DNA of 18,735 bases from Gammaproteobacteria bacterium. Lineage in GTDB: Bacteria; Pseudomonadota; Gammaproteobacteria; GCA-001735895. Positions 1 through 7,710 of the stretch are shown here, piece by piece (the stretch's first letter is position 1; each line of letters starts with the position of its first letter). Both the position numbers and the translations under genes were made by a program. Location of the stretch: NCBI GenBank assembly GCA_050298595.1, contig JBNKUM010000080.1, positions 1-18,735 of the forward strand. Direction: 5' to 3'. The notes below the pieces were generated by a model that was given only the letters and a program-made list of their open reading frames with translations, had not been told where the DNA came from and searched no databases.

Positions 1-42
1 GCTTATTTCCAGAGGGGAGGAATGGTTTTACAGCGATAAACC

Positions 43-73
43 AGAGGGGCATCCAACAGGATGCCCTTTTTTT
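43..73 (+). terminator. Rho-independent terminator of a gene upstream of the window
   Basis: GGGCATCC (47-54), AACA loop, GGATGCCC (59-66), then T7 (67-73). Confidence 0.85.
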
Positions 74-132
74 ATGGTCAGGTATTTTTCGGCTATTACA
101 TTCCACATTCACGTTTCCTAAATGCTCGCTTC

Positions 133-211
133 GGATCGATACCTGCCAAATCAGCCAAAACACCCAATATCGCCTATGACTTCGAGTGCAGTTTCTGCGC
201 CTGATATTTGA
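133..211. repeat. Degenerate direct repeat, copy A (partner at 2899-2977); possible insertion-sequence end remnant
   Basis: 136-211 vs 2902-2977 align without gaps at 62/76 by hand count, first 20 nt identical (TCGATACCTGCCAAATCAGC); both preceded by GG(A/G). Confidence 0.85.
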
Positions 212-406
212 TGCCCCCAGGAATCATAGAATCAAAATATTAGTGGGAATTGTTCTCTGACCCAGGTTTTTCATTCAGGTTTATACCATGTATGTCTTTG
301 AGTACCAATTGCTGCCAAACCTGACTTTGTTAGAGCAATGATTTTAATACCAAAATTAACCATTTAAGTGCTTAAACACCCCTGTTTTTAGCTGAAATTT
401 TTCTAT

Positions 407-419
407 AATCAATAACTTA
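407..419 (+). promoter_or_regulatory. Candidate IHF binding site
   Basis: AATCAATAACTTA matches WATCAANNNNTTR and has an A/T tract just upstream. Confidence 0.35.
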
Positions 420-732
420 GTTAGGTCCGACCCGGTTTAGCGCTGGTGGGGTATTGTCTGAACTAAGTTGGCAGGCCAGGAAGGCAGTGAAAGCGGGCGG
501 ATTCAACCGGAAATCCAGAGGGTTGAATAGATTGAGGCCGGATAGACGGATGATTCAGTCATATCCAAGCCCCAGTTTTCTGCCTTGATATACAGGGGTG
601 ATAGCGATTATTCTCCTTATACTTAGGTCGCGTTGATACTCCCTGTGTCAAATTACAGTTTTCTGAAAAGAAAAGACAACATTGTGAAATTCCTAATAGA
701 CTGGGAAGAATATCCGTATGGAGGATCGTTGT

Positions 733-2259
733 ATGAGAACATGTTCGTATTCACTGAAGCTTGAACCGATACAAGAGGTTTATACCTACAAGATCGAGTC
801 CGTCCGGAAGCAATTGCTGAACAGCATCGCTTTTATTTTCGAAATCATCGCCAAGACCCCGGAAGAAATCGATACCCATTCCATCCAGTTGAAGGGAAAC
901 GTCGAAAAAAACCTCATCACAACCTCTGGCGAAGACTCCTGTCTGCATTTTGATTTTCATTACACCGATGGGCACGACAGGTACACCGAAGCCATGCTGG
1001 CCCAACACTGGATCGAAACGGTCCTGTCGCTGTACGGTGACTCCATGCCCGGTTATTTTCGGGACCGGGGCTATACCCTCATCACGGAAATCCCGTCATA
1101 CGAAACCCGGCAAGCGGACAGACAGATGATTTTCCTGACGTTGGGCGAGCAAACAGTCGGCGTCTCCCGGGCCGATGGACCCTTGTCCGAACGTTTATCG
1201 ACCCACCTCCCGAAACTCGGCAAGGCACTGGCTAAAAAAATCGAAAAAAAAGTCCGGGAGAATGACTGCGGCTGCTGCCTGTGCAAAAAACTGAAAACCA
1301 ACAGGGTGAATTTCGTGGAGGATTACCGGAGTTCATTTGAGGCAGATGCGCAGCCGTACCCCTATAGTGAGTCCCTGACTAAGGCTTTGGAATCTCCTTT
1401 AGAAGTCAGAACCCTAACCCTTACCAACCAGTTTTTAGACTCCATACCGGAGGAGATCGGGAGGTTTACCAATCTTCACAAACTGGGTCTCATCAACAAC
1501 CAGATCCAGACCTTGCCGGAGTCATTGAACCGGCTTAGCGATCTGACCGACCTGGAGTTGCAAGACAACCATTTGACCGCTCTATCTCCGGCTTTGTCGA
1601 ATTTGAAATCCCTGCAATGTCTGCATGCCGGCGATAATCCGATCGAAGCCATACCAGAGGGGCTGGCTTTGCCGAATGTGGTAACCTTGTCCCTGCGGGA
1701 AACAGATCTTAAAAAACTCCCTGCAAGTTTCCGGGACTGGAAGGAACTGTGGAACCTTGATCTCACCAATACCCGGCTCGAGAGCCTGCCTCCGGAAATC
1801 GTAGAATTGCCGAAGCTCCGGAACCTGAAGGTCAGCCATGTCCAGAACGCCGACGGGAGCCTCGAACAGATTGCTTTTGACCAGCTTGGCGATTTGACCG
1901 AATTGAGCCTGAAAGAGTGCAATCTCAAGTCATTCCCGGCGAGTATTTTGCACTGCGCAAAACTGGAATATCTCAACCTTTCGGACAACGACATCGGAAG
2001 GCTGCCGCAAGACATCGGCAACTTGAAAAACCTGAGCCGGCTGTACCTGAACAATTGTGGCCTCACCTACCTGCCGGCTTCCATCGGCAAGCTGATTGAG
2101 CTGACCATGCTTTCCCTTATAGGCAATGACTTTGAATCCCTGCCGGTGGAATTGTGCGAACTTCCCAATCTGAAATACTTGTATGTGTCACACCAGACCT
2201 TTCGGTTCCTTCAAGGAATGACTGTGCCTGAGAGCCTGAAGGTAGTCCTCAACAGCTGA
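733..2259 (+). CDS. Leucine-rich repeat protein with an uncharacterised ~210-aa N-terminal domain
   Basis: C-terminal ~290 aa are tandem ~23-aa LxxLxLxxNxLxxLP repeats (e.g. LEYLNLSDNDIGRLPQDIGNLKNLSRLYLNNCGLTYLP), preceded by the cap-like SLTKALESPLEVRTL. GGAGG at 720-724 favours ATG 733 over 718. Confidence 0.9.
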   Translation: MRTCSYSLKLEPIQEVYTYKIESVRKQLLNSIAFIFEIIAKTPEEIDTHSIQLKGNVEKNLITTSGEDSCLHFDFHYTDGHDRYTEAMLAQHWIETVLSLYGDSMPGYFRDRGYTLITEIPSYETRQADRQMIFLTLGEQTVGVSRADGPLSERLSTHLPKLGKALAKKIEKKVRENDCGCCLCKKLKTNRVNFVEDYRSSFEADAQPYPYSESLTKALESPLEVRTLTLTNQFLDSIPEEIGRFTNLHKLGLINNQIQTLPESLNRLSDLTDLELQDNHLTALSPALSNLKSLQCLHAGDNPIEAIPEGLALPNVVTLSLRETDLKKLPASFRDWKELWNLDLTNTRLESLPPEIVELPKLRNLKVSHVQNADGSLEQIAFDQLGDLTELSLKECNLKSFPASILHCAKLEYLNLSDNDIGRLPQDIGNLKNLSRLYLNNCGLTYLPASIGKLIELTMLSLIGNDFESLPVELCELPNLKYLYVSHQTFRFLQGMTVPESLKVVLNS

Positions 2260-2352
2260 ACCGGGTTCGGGCCTTTGACAGCTGCGGCGCAGTGGGACAG
2301 ATCCAACGAAAAACAAGTAAGTTGCCCCCGGAATCTACTTTCAGTTTCCTAC

Positions 2353-2577
2353 TTTGAAAATTATATTTAATTAAAACTTCGAAATTACAAAGATGTTTAT
2401 TACCTATATGAAGGTGGCAATGAGATAGATTTTATTACATCTGATAAAATATTAATAGAATCAAAATACAATGCGGAAATAAAAGGGAAACAGAAAGAGT
2501 TGAACGATAACTTTGAAGCAAGGCAAAAATATGTAATTGATTCGGTAAACAAACTCGAATTACTGGATGAGCTATAA
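2353..2577 (+). pseudogene. 3' fragment of an ATP-binding protein (AAA-ATPase/DUF4143-like, with PD-(D/E)xK-type C-terminus)
   Basis: Translates FENYI*LKLRNYKDVYYLYEGGNEIDFITSDKILIESKYNAEIKGKQKE...LDEL*. FEN...YY...EIDF...IExK pattern, in-frame TAA at 2368-2370, no start codon, very AT-rich. Confidence 0.65.
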
Positions 2578-2588
2578 TCTGAATGTAA

Positions 2589-2791
2589 ATCGGGTAGCCG
2601 GAGGCTTTTAACCTCCCCCTCAAGGATGCATGGGCGAGCAGTAGACGAAGTCTACGACCAGCCACACCTGAGAAGCGAGACTCGCAGCTTCGAACTATCC
2701 TTAAACGCGGGCTTCCTCCAGACAATTCCTCGCGAAATTGCCCTTGCCGTCGGCTATAGCATTTCACTATACGTGGGTATCTGAGAGACTT
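2589..2791 (-). mobile_element. Internally deleted group II intron remnant (class IIC-like): domain I fragment joined to domain VI and the 3' end
   Basis: Minus strand reads TAGCCGACGGCAAGGGCAATTTCGCGAGGAATTGTCTGGAGGAAGCC (IIC domain I-like) and ends GGAGGTTAAAAGCCTCCGGCTACCCGAT (domain VI plus terminal AT). No RT ORF, no domain V and no GTGYG 5' end. Confidence 0.75.
2617..2659 (+). repeat. 43-nt mini-insert interrupting the intron domain VI stem
   Basis: Removing it restores the stem GCTGGAGG/CCTCCGGC (minus strand); CC at both junctions; shares CAAGGATGCA and GGGCGA with 3097-3143; internal hairpin GTAGAC-GAA-GTCTAC. Confidence 0.5.
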
Positions 2792-2898
2792 AGGGTCAGG
2801 TCTTTGATTTATGATTACAAGTGAATTTAGTGTTTAATTCTATAACCGATATCATCGCGAGCTATCCGCACCGATAGGATGTAGGGAAAGTCCGGTTA

Positions 2899-2977
2899 GG
2901 GTCGATACCTGCCAAATCAGCTAAAACTATTAATGTCTCCTATGAATTCAAGCGCAGTTTCTGGAGCTCATATTTGA
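2899..2977. repeat. Degenerate direct repeat, copy B (partner at 133-211)
   Basis: Same alignment as copy A. Confidence 0.85.
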
Positions 2978-3064
2978 CACCGCGCATCACAAAAACAGCT
3001 CTGTTCAAAATCGCCTAGAGTGATTTTGCTTTTTCGCTCTTTTTTACCCCTTTCAAGCCCGCGG

Positions 3065-3280
3065 CAAAATGGTGTTCAGATCGGGGGAAAACGCCACGAC
3101 TGCAAGGATGCAGGAGGTAGGGCGACACAGGAGTCAAAGCCGAGGGATGGCGTTTTAGGCAGGGTCGCGTCTGGAACGCGTCACTGCCGACCGCGATATG
3201 AGCATCATTTTGACGATGAAGGGATTGATGGGCGCGCTTTCTTTGCTGACTTTCTTTTCGCGTAAAAGAAAGTTAGTCGC
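3065..3280. repeat. Multi-hairpin palindromic intergenic element (REP/MITE-like)
   Basis: Nested inverted repeats CAAAATGGTGTTCA/TGAGCATCATTTTG (3065-3211) and AAAACGCCA/TGGCGTTTT (3088-3156), plus hairpin CTGACTTTCTTTT/AAAAGAAAGTTAG (3246-3276). Confidence 0.65.
3097..3143 (+). repeat. 47-nt mini-element, copy 1, inside the AAAACGCCA/TGGCGTTTT palindrome
   Basis: CGACTGCAAGGATGCAGGAGGTAGGGCGACACAGGAGTCAAAGCCGA; core is 22/27 identical to the reverse complement of 3380-3430, and both share the AGCCGAG end. Confidence 0.75.
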
Positions 3281-3360
3281 ACGCCTGTTAGAAAGATACT
3301 ACGAAGCAAGGAAAGCTAAGGCGTGTGAAATATTAATCCGGTCAGGTGCTAGATTTGAAA

Positions 3361-3441
3361 GAGATTGCCACGTCGCAAGCTCGGCTCTGGCTTCCTGCTT
3401 CGCCCTAACACCTACATCCATATAGGCGTCCTCGCAATGAC
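3361..3441. repeat. REP-like palindrome (GAGATTGCCACGTCGC...CTCGCAATGAC type) interrupted by mini-element copy 2
   Basis: Halves at 3361-3379 and 3431-3441 with ATTGC/GCAAT arms; resembles a widespread bacterial intergenic palindrome I recognise from memory. Confidence 0.6.
3380..3430 (-). repeat. ~51-nt mini-element, copy 2 (inverted relative to copy 1)
   Basis: Reverse complement GACGCCTATATGGATGTAGGTGTTAGGGCGAAGCAGGAAGCCAGAGCCGAG; TC at both junctions. Confidence 0.75.
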
Positions 3442-3477
3442 ACTATTATATTAAGTTGCGTCGAAACGACAAAGACT

Positions 3478-4641
3478 TCAAGTCTGCGCAAAAAAATCCG
3501 AAATAACCGGCGAAAAATGATCCCTATCCACCAAAAACGCATCATGCCCATTGATAGAATCAATCGAAACAAACTCCACATTGCGCCCCGCCTTAATCAA
3601 CCCCTCCGCTATCTCCTTCTGCTGCTCCAGCGGAAACAAAATATCCGTAGTCACACCAATAATCAGCGCCTTCTTAACACAAATCTTCGCCAACCCGGCA
3701 TTCACCGATCCACCATGATCCGCCACATCAAACCAGTCCATCGCGCGCGAGAGATACAGATAACTATTGGCATCAAAATTACCCACAAACTTATTTGCAT
3801 TGTAATCAAGATAAGACTCAACCTCGAATTCAACCTCGAAAGGCTTGCCTTTTCTGCGCTCGCGGCTGATACGCGCCCGATCAAAACGCTGATGCCATTC
3901 TTCTGCTGCACGGTAAGATACCAGCCCTAATTTACGCGCCAGTTTCATACCATCTTCAGGCTCTTCGCTGGAATGATAATGACCTTCTTTCCAATTGGGG
4001 TCACAGCGAATTATCTCTCTTTGTAAAGAGCGCATGGCAATGGTAAAAGGTAAGGCTCGCGTAGCGGCTGAAATGGAAATCAGGTAATCGAATTCTTTCG
4101 GATATTGCAGGGCATAAGCCAGTGCAACCATACCGCCCATGGAAGGCCCAACAACAGCATGCAGATGATCTATACCGAGCTCATGCATAAGATGGTGACC
4201 CGCTTTGGCGATGTCTTCGATGGTGAGATCAGGAAAATCACTACCATAGGATTTTCCTGTAGTCGGGTTAATAGATTCAGGACCGGTAGAACCAAAGCAT
4301 CCGCCCAGTGCATTTACACAGATGACATAAAATCGACTGGTATCAATCGCCTTGCCGGGGCCGATCATGAATTCCCACCAGCCCGGCTCGGGGTCTTCTG
4401 GCGAAGAAGCGGCATGCGCAGTCGGAGATAGGCCTGTAAAAATCAGAATGGCATTATCATAGTTAGGTGATAATTCACCCCAGGATTCATAAGCAATGGT
4501 GACTTCAGGCAGTCGACCACCGCGCTTCATGACAAAATCACTGGTGCCATAATCACCAATCAGGGTGCCAAAACGAGTCGCCGCTGTGATACCACGTCGG
4601 GTACGTGAAGGGTGCAACTGTTCGACGTTATCGCTCATCAT
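3478..4641 (-). CDS. metX: MetX-family alpha/beta-hydrolase acyltransferase, serine/homoserine O-acetyl or O-succinyltransferase subtype
   Basis: GPSMGG nucleophile elbow, GVTTDILFP acid, GHDAFL histidine, GWW...GPGK..DT; has TGLSP where canonical MetX has HALSG. Confidence 0.88.
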   Translation of the reverse strand: MMSDNVEQLHPSRTRRGITAATRFGTLIGDYGTSDFVMKRGGRLPEVTIAYESWGELSPNYDNAILIFTGLSPTAHAASSPEDPEPGWWEFMIGPGKAIDTSRFYVICVNALGGCFGSTGPESINPTTGKSYGSDFPDLTIEDIAKAGHHLMHELGIDHLHAVVGPSMGGMVALAYALQYPKEFDYLISISAATRALPFTIAMRSLQREIIRCDPNWKEGHYHSSEEPEDGMKLARKLGLVSYRAAEEWHQRFDRARISRERRKGKPFEVEFEVESYLDYNANKFVGNFDANSYLYLSRAMDWFDVADHGGSVNAGLAKICVKKALIIGVTTDILFPLEQQKEIAEGLIKAGRNVEFVSIDSINGHDAFLVDRDHFSPVISDFFAQT

Positions 4642-4662
4642 GATCCTGTTGATATTATACCA

Positions 4663-5763
4663 TCAGTTTGAAATATCCAGCATGCGTTGTAACGCTACTC
4701 TGGCACTATTTGCAACCTGAGCATCAACTTCGATACGATTGACCACATTACCTTCAACCAGGTTTTCCAGTACCCAGGCCAGATGCTGCGGATCGATTCG
4801 AAACATGGTGGAACACATGCAAATGGTGGGTGACATAAATTGCACGGTCTTGTGCTGATCTTTCATTTGATTATGTAAACGATTGACCAGATTGAGTTCG
4901 GTACCTACCAGCCAGTCAGTACCCGGTTCAGATGCGGCGATGGTATTAATGATATATTCAGTTGAGCCTACATAATCAGAAAGCTGGCACACCTCGAAGC
5001 TGCTTTCCGGATGTGAAATCACCTTGCCTTCGGGATACTGCTGACGGTAGTTTTCGATTTGCACCGGTTTAAACATTTGATGGACAGAACAAAAACCTTT
5101 CCACAGTATGATTTTCGCCTTTTTGATTTGATCTTCGGTCAAACCACCCATCGGCAGGTCATAGTCCCACACGACCATTTCATCCAGCGGCAGTCCCATA
5201 CGGTAACCTGTATTGCGCCCCAGATGCTGATCAGGGAAAAACAGGACCTTTTCGCGTTCGCTAAATGACCATTCAAGGATTTTCTGGGCATTCGTTGAGG
5301 TACACACCACGCCATTATGATCGCCACAGAAGGCTTTCAGGTTAGCGGCTGAATTGATATAGGTAACCGGGGTAATCTGGCTATCGGCATCGATAACCGA
5401 GGACAGTTCCTGCCAGGCTCTTTCTACCCTGGGTAGATCGGCCATATCGGCCATGGAACAGCCTGCCGATAAATCGGGCAGGATGGATACCTGATCGGGA
5501 CGCGACAGGATATCCGCCACTTCAGCCATGAAATGGACACCGCAGAATACGATGTATTCGGCATTAGAATTCGCGGCTTCACGCGACAGTTTTAATGAAT
5601 CGCCTGAGAAATCGGCGTGTTCAAACACTTCATCGCGTTGATAGTGATGGCCGAGGATTACGACACGCTCACCCAATGCCTTTTTTGCCGCAATGATTCG
5701 CTGGCGGCAATTTTCATCGTCTAGCTGTGCGTAGGGTTGTAGCTCAAGTGGATTAGCAACCAT
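4663..5763 (-). CDS. nadA: Quinolinate synthase NadA
   Basis: ILGHHYQ, FCGVHFMAE, GCSMAD, YINS, PDQHLG, CSVH, HPE, GTE, CSTM motifs; three Fe-S cysteines. Confidence 0.96.
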   Translation of the reverse strand: MVANPLELQPYAQLDDENCRQRIIAAKKALGERVVILGHHYQRDEVFEHADFSGDSLKLSREAANSNAEYIVFCGVHFMAEVADILSRPDQVSILPDLSAGCSMADMADLPRVERAWQELSSVIDADSQITPVTYINSAANLKAFCGDHNGVVCTSTNAQKILEWSFSEREKVLFFPDQHLGRNTGYRMGLPLDEMVVWDYDLPMGGLTEDQIKKAKIILWKGFCSVHQMFKPVQIENYRQQYPEGKVISHPESSFEVCQLSDYVGSTEYIINTIAASEPGTDWLVGTELNLVNRLHNQMKDQHKTVQFMSPTICMCSTMFRIDPQHLAWVLENLVEGNVVNRIEVDAQVANSARVALQRMLDISN

Positions 5764-5830
5764 GGCATTCTGTCATCAAAACGGTTAAGAACCTGTATGT
5801 TACTTTAAATTAACTTCCAGGCAACAGCGA

Positions 5831-7606
5831 TTAACCTTCGACTACCGGCTTTCTTACTCGAATCGACAGCTCTTTCAGCTGGCGTTCACTCACTTCAGAG
5901 GGCGCAGAAGTCAGCAGACAGGCCGCAGTTTGCGTCTTGGGGAATGCCATTACATCACGGATTGAAGTCGCTCCAGTCATCAGCATGATTAGACGGTCCA
6001 GACCAAAAGCGATACCGCCATGTGGAGGACAGCCATATTTCAGCGCAGTCAGCAGGAAGCCAAACTTGTCTTCGGCTTCCTGCTCATCGATACCTAATAG
6101 CTTTAATACTCTTTGCTGCATTTCATTTTGATGGATACGGATAGAGCCACCGCCCAGTTCGGTACCATTGAGTACCATGTCGTATGCTCGAGACAGCATG
6201 CCGCCTGGATTGGCTTCAAGTTCCTGTGGATCATCGGTATTCGGTGCAGTGAATGGATGATGCAGCGCAGTCCAGCGGTTTTCTTTTTCGTCGAATTCGA
6301 ACATTGGGAAATCCACTACCCACAGGAATGACCAGCCTTCTTTTACCATCTTCAGATCGTGTCCAACCAGTACACGTAGCGCGCCCAGAGATTCGTTCAC
6401 AATGCGGGTTTTATCCGCGCCGAAGAAGATTAAATCGCCACTTTCTGCACCAGTTCGGCTCAGAATGCTTTCAATGGCTTCATCCGGTAGAAATTTCAGG
6501 ATAGGTGATTGCAGTCCTTCACGACCCTGCGATACATCGTTACATTTGATATATGCCAGGCCTTTGGCGCCATAGCGACCGACAAACTTGGTGTATTCAT
6601 CGATTTCCTTACGTGACAGGCTATTACCACCCGGTACACGCAGTGCCGCAACACGGCCATCGGCATCGTTGGCAGGCGCAGAGAATACTTTAAATTCAAC
6701 ATCAGCAAGCAGATCGGAGATGGTAACCAGTTCCAGATCGATACGCAGATCGGGCTTGTCTGAGCCAAAACGTTCCATCGCTTCTGCATAAGGCATGCGC
6801 TGAAATTTTGCGTCGATGTCGACATCCAGCAACTGTTTGAACATACCCTGCATCAGGCCTTCCATGTAATCCATGATCTGATCTTCGTTGAGGAATGAGG
6901 TTTCTATATCCAGCTGAGTAAATTCGGGTTGACGGTCGGCACGCAGATCTTCATCGCGAAAACAACGTACGATCTGGTAGTAACGGTCCATGCCGGACAT
7001 CATTAATAATTGCTTAAATAACTGAGGCGATTGCGGCAGAGCAAAAAAATGGCCCTGATGGGTACGACTGGGTACCAGATAATCGCGCGCGCCTTCTGGG
7101 GTTGCCTTGGTCAGCATCGGGGTTTCAATATCCAGAAAACCATTCTGCTCCAGGTAGGAGCGCATGAAATGTGTCACTTTTGCGCGCAGACGCATACGTT
7201 CCTGCATTTGGGGTTTACGCAGATCGATATAGCGATACTTCAGGCGCAGATCGTCATGCACTTCCTCATCCAGCTGGAAGGGAGGCGTTTCGGAAGCATT
7301 CAGGATTTCAAGATCCAGCGCCAGTAACTCGATTTCGCCAGTACGCATATCCTTGTTGACGGTACCTTCTGGACGATGGCGTATCTTTCCACTGACCTTA
7401 AGTACATATTCATTACGCACCCGCTCAGCTTTGGCGAACATATCGGCATCATCTGGATCAAAAACCACCTGTAGTATGCCTTCACGATCACGTAGATCAA
7501 CAAAGATAACCCCACCATGATCCCGACGACGGTTAACCCAACCGCAGACGGTAACTTGCTGATCGATTTGAGCCGAGTTTAATTCACCACAATAATGCGT
7601 ACGCAT
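5831..7606 (-). CDS. aspS: Aspartate-tRNA ligase, probably non-discriminating (Asp/Asn)
   Basis: [61 protein letters not shown]. Confidence 0.98.
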   Translation of the reverse strand: MRTHYCGELNSAQIDQQVTVCGWVNRRRDHGGVIFVDLRDREGILQVVFDPDDADMFAKAERVRNEYVLKVSGKIRHRPEGTVNKDMRTGEIELLALDLEILNASETPPFQLDEEVHDDLRLKYRYIDLRKPQMQERMRLRAKVTHFMRSYLEQNGFLDIETPMLTKATPEGARDYLVPSRTHQGHFFALPQSPQLFKQLLMMSGMDRYYQIVRCFRDEDLRADRQPEFTQLDIETSFLNEDQIMDYMEGLMQGMFKQLLDVDIDAKFQRMPYAEAMERFGSDKPDLRIDLELVTISDLLADVEFKVFSAPANDADGRVAALRVPGGNSLSRKEIDEYTKFVGRYGAKGLAYIKCNDVSQGREGLQSPILKFLPDEAIESILSRTGAESGDLIFFGADKTRIVNESLGALRVLVGHDLKMVKEGWSFLWVVDFPMFEFDEKENRWTALHHPFTAPNTDDPQELEANPGGMLSRAYDMVLNGTELGGGSIRIHQNEMQQRVLKLLGIDEQEAEDKFGFLLTALKYGCPPHGGIAFGLDRLIMLMTGATSIRDVMAFPKTQTAACLLTSAPSEVSERQLKELSIRVRKPVVEG

Positions 7607-7701
7607 GAAACACCTGTAAAAGAGTAAAAATCAGAACATGCCTTTGCCGATGTTCTGATGCATAACTGATTGTATTTGCCTCAGGTTTAGCCTGAATATC
7701 C

Positions 7702-7710
7702 TGTGGATAA
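7702..7710 (-). promoter_or_regulatory. Single consensus DnaA box upstream of aspS
   Basis: TGTGGATAA is the reverse complement of TTATCCACA; intergenic. Confidence 0.3.

Noticed and set aside
1-40. 3' end of an upstream CDS before the terminator
   Set aside because: Too short to determine the frame or product
751-2099. Antisense and alternative-frame ORFs within the LRR gene, including the 196-aa ORF at 1476-2066
   Set aside because: Shadows of the repetitive LRR coding frame
2435-2767. 110-aa minus-strand ORF
   Set aside because: Spans the intron remnant and the antisense of the ATPase fragment; no protein motif
2840-2901. Possible integron attC site (TATAAC...GTTAGG) near the IIC intron remnant
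   Set aside because: Only TAACCG/CGGTTA pair; no convincing L boxes, no cassette array and no integrase
3020-3425. Short ORFs 3020-3265 and 3198-3425
   Set aside because: They read through palindromic repeat elements and show no coding signal
133-3441. CRISPR array interpretation of the repeats
   Set aside because: Repeats are few, degenerate, irregularly spaced or inverted; no cas genes
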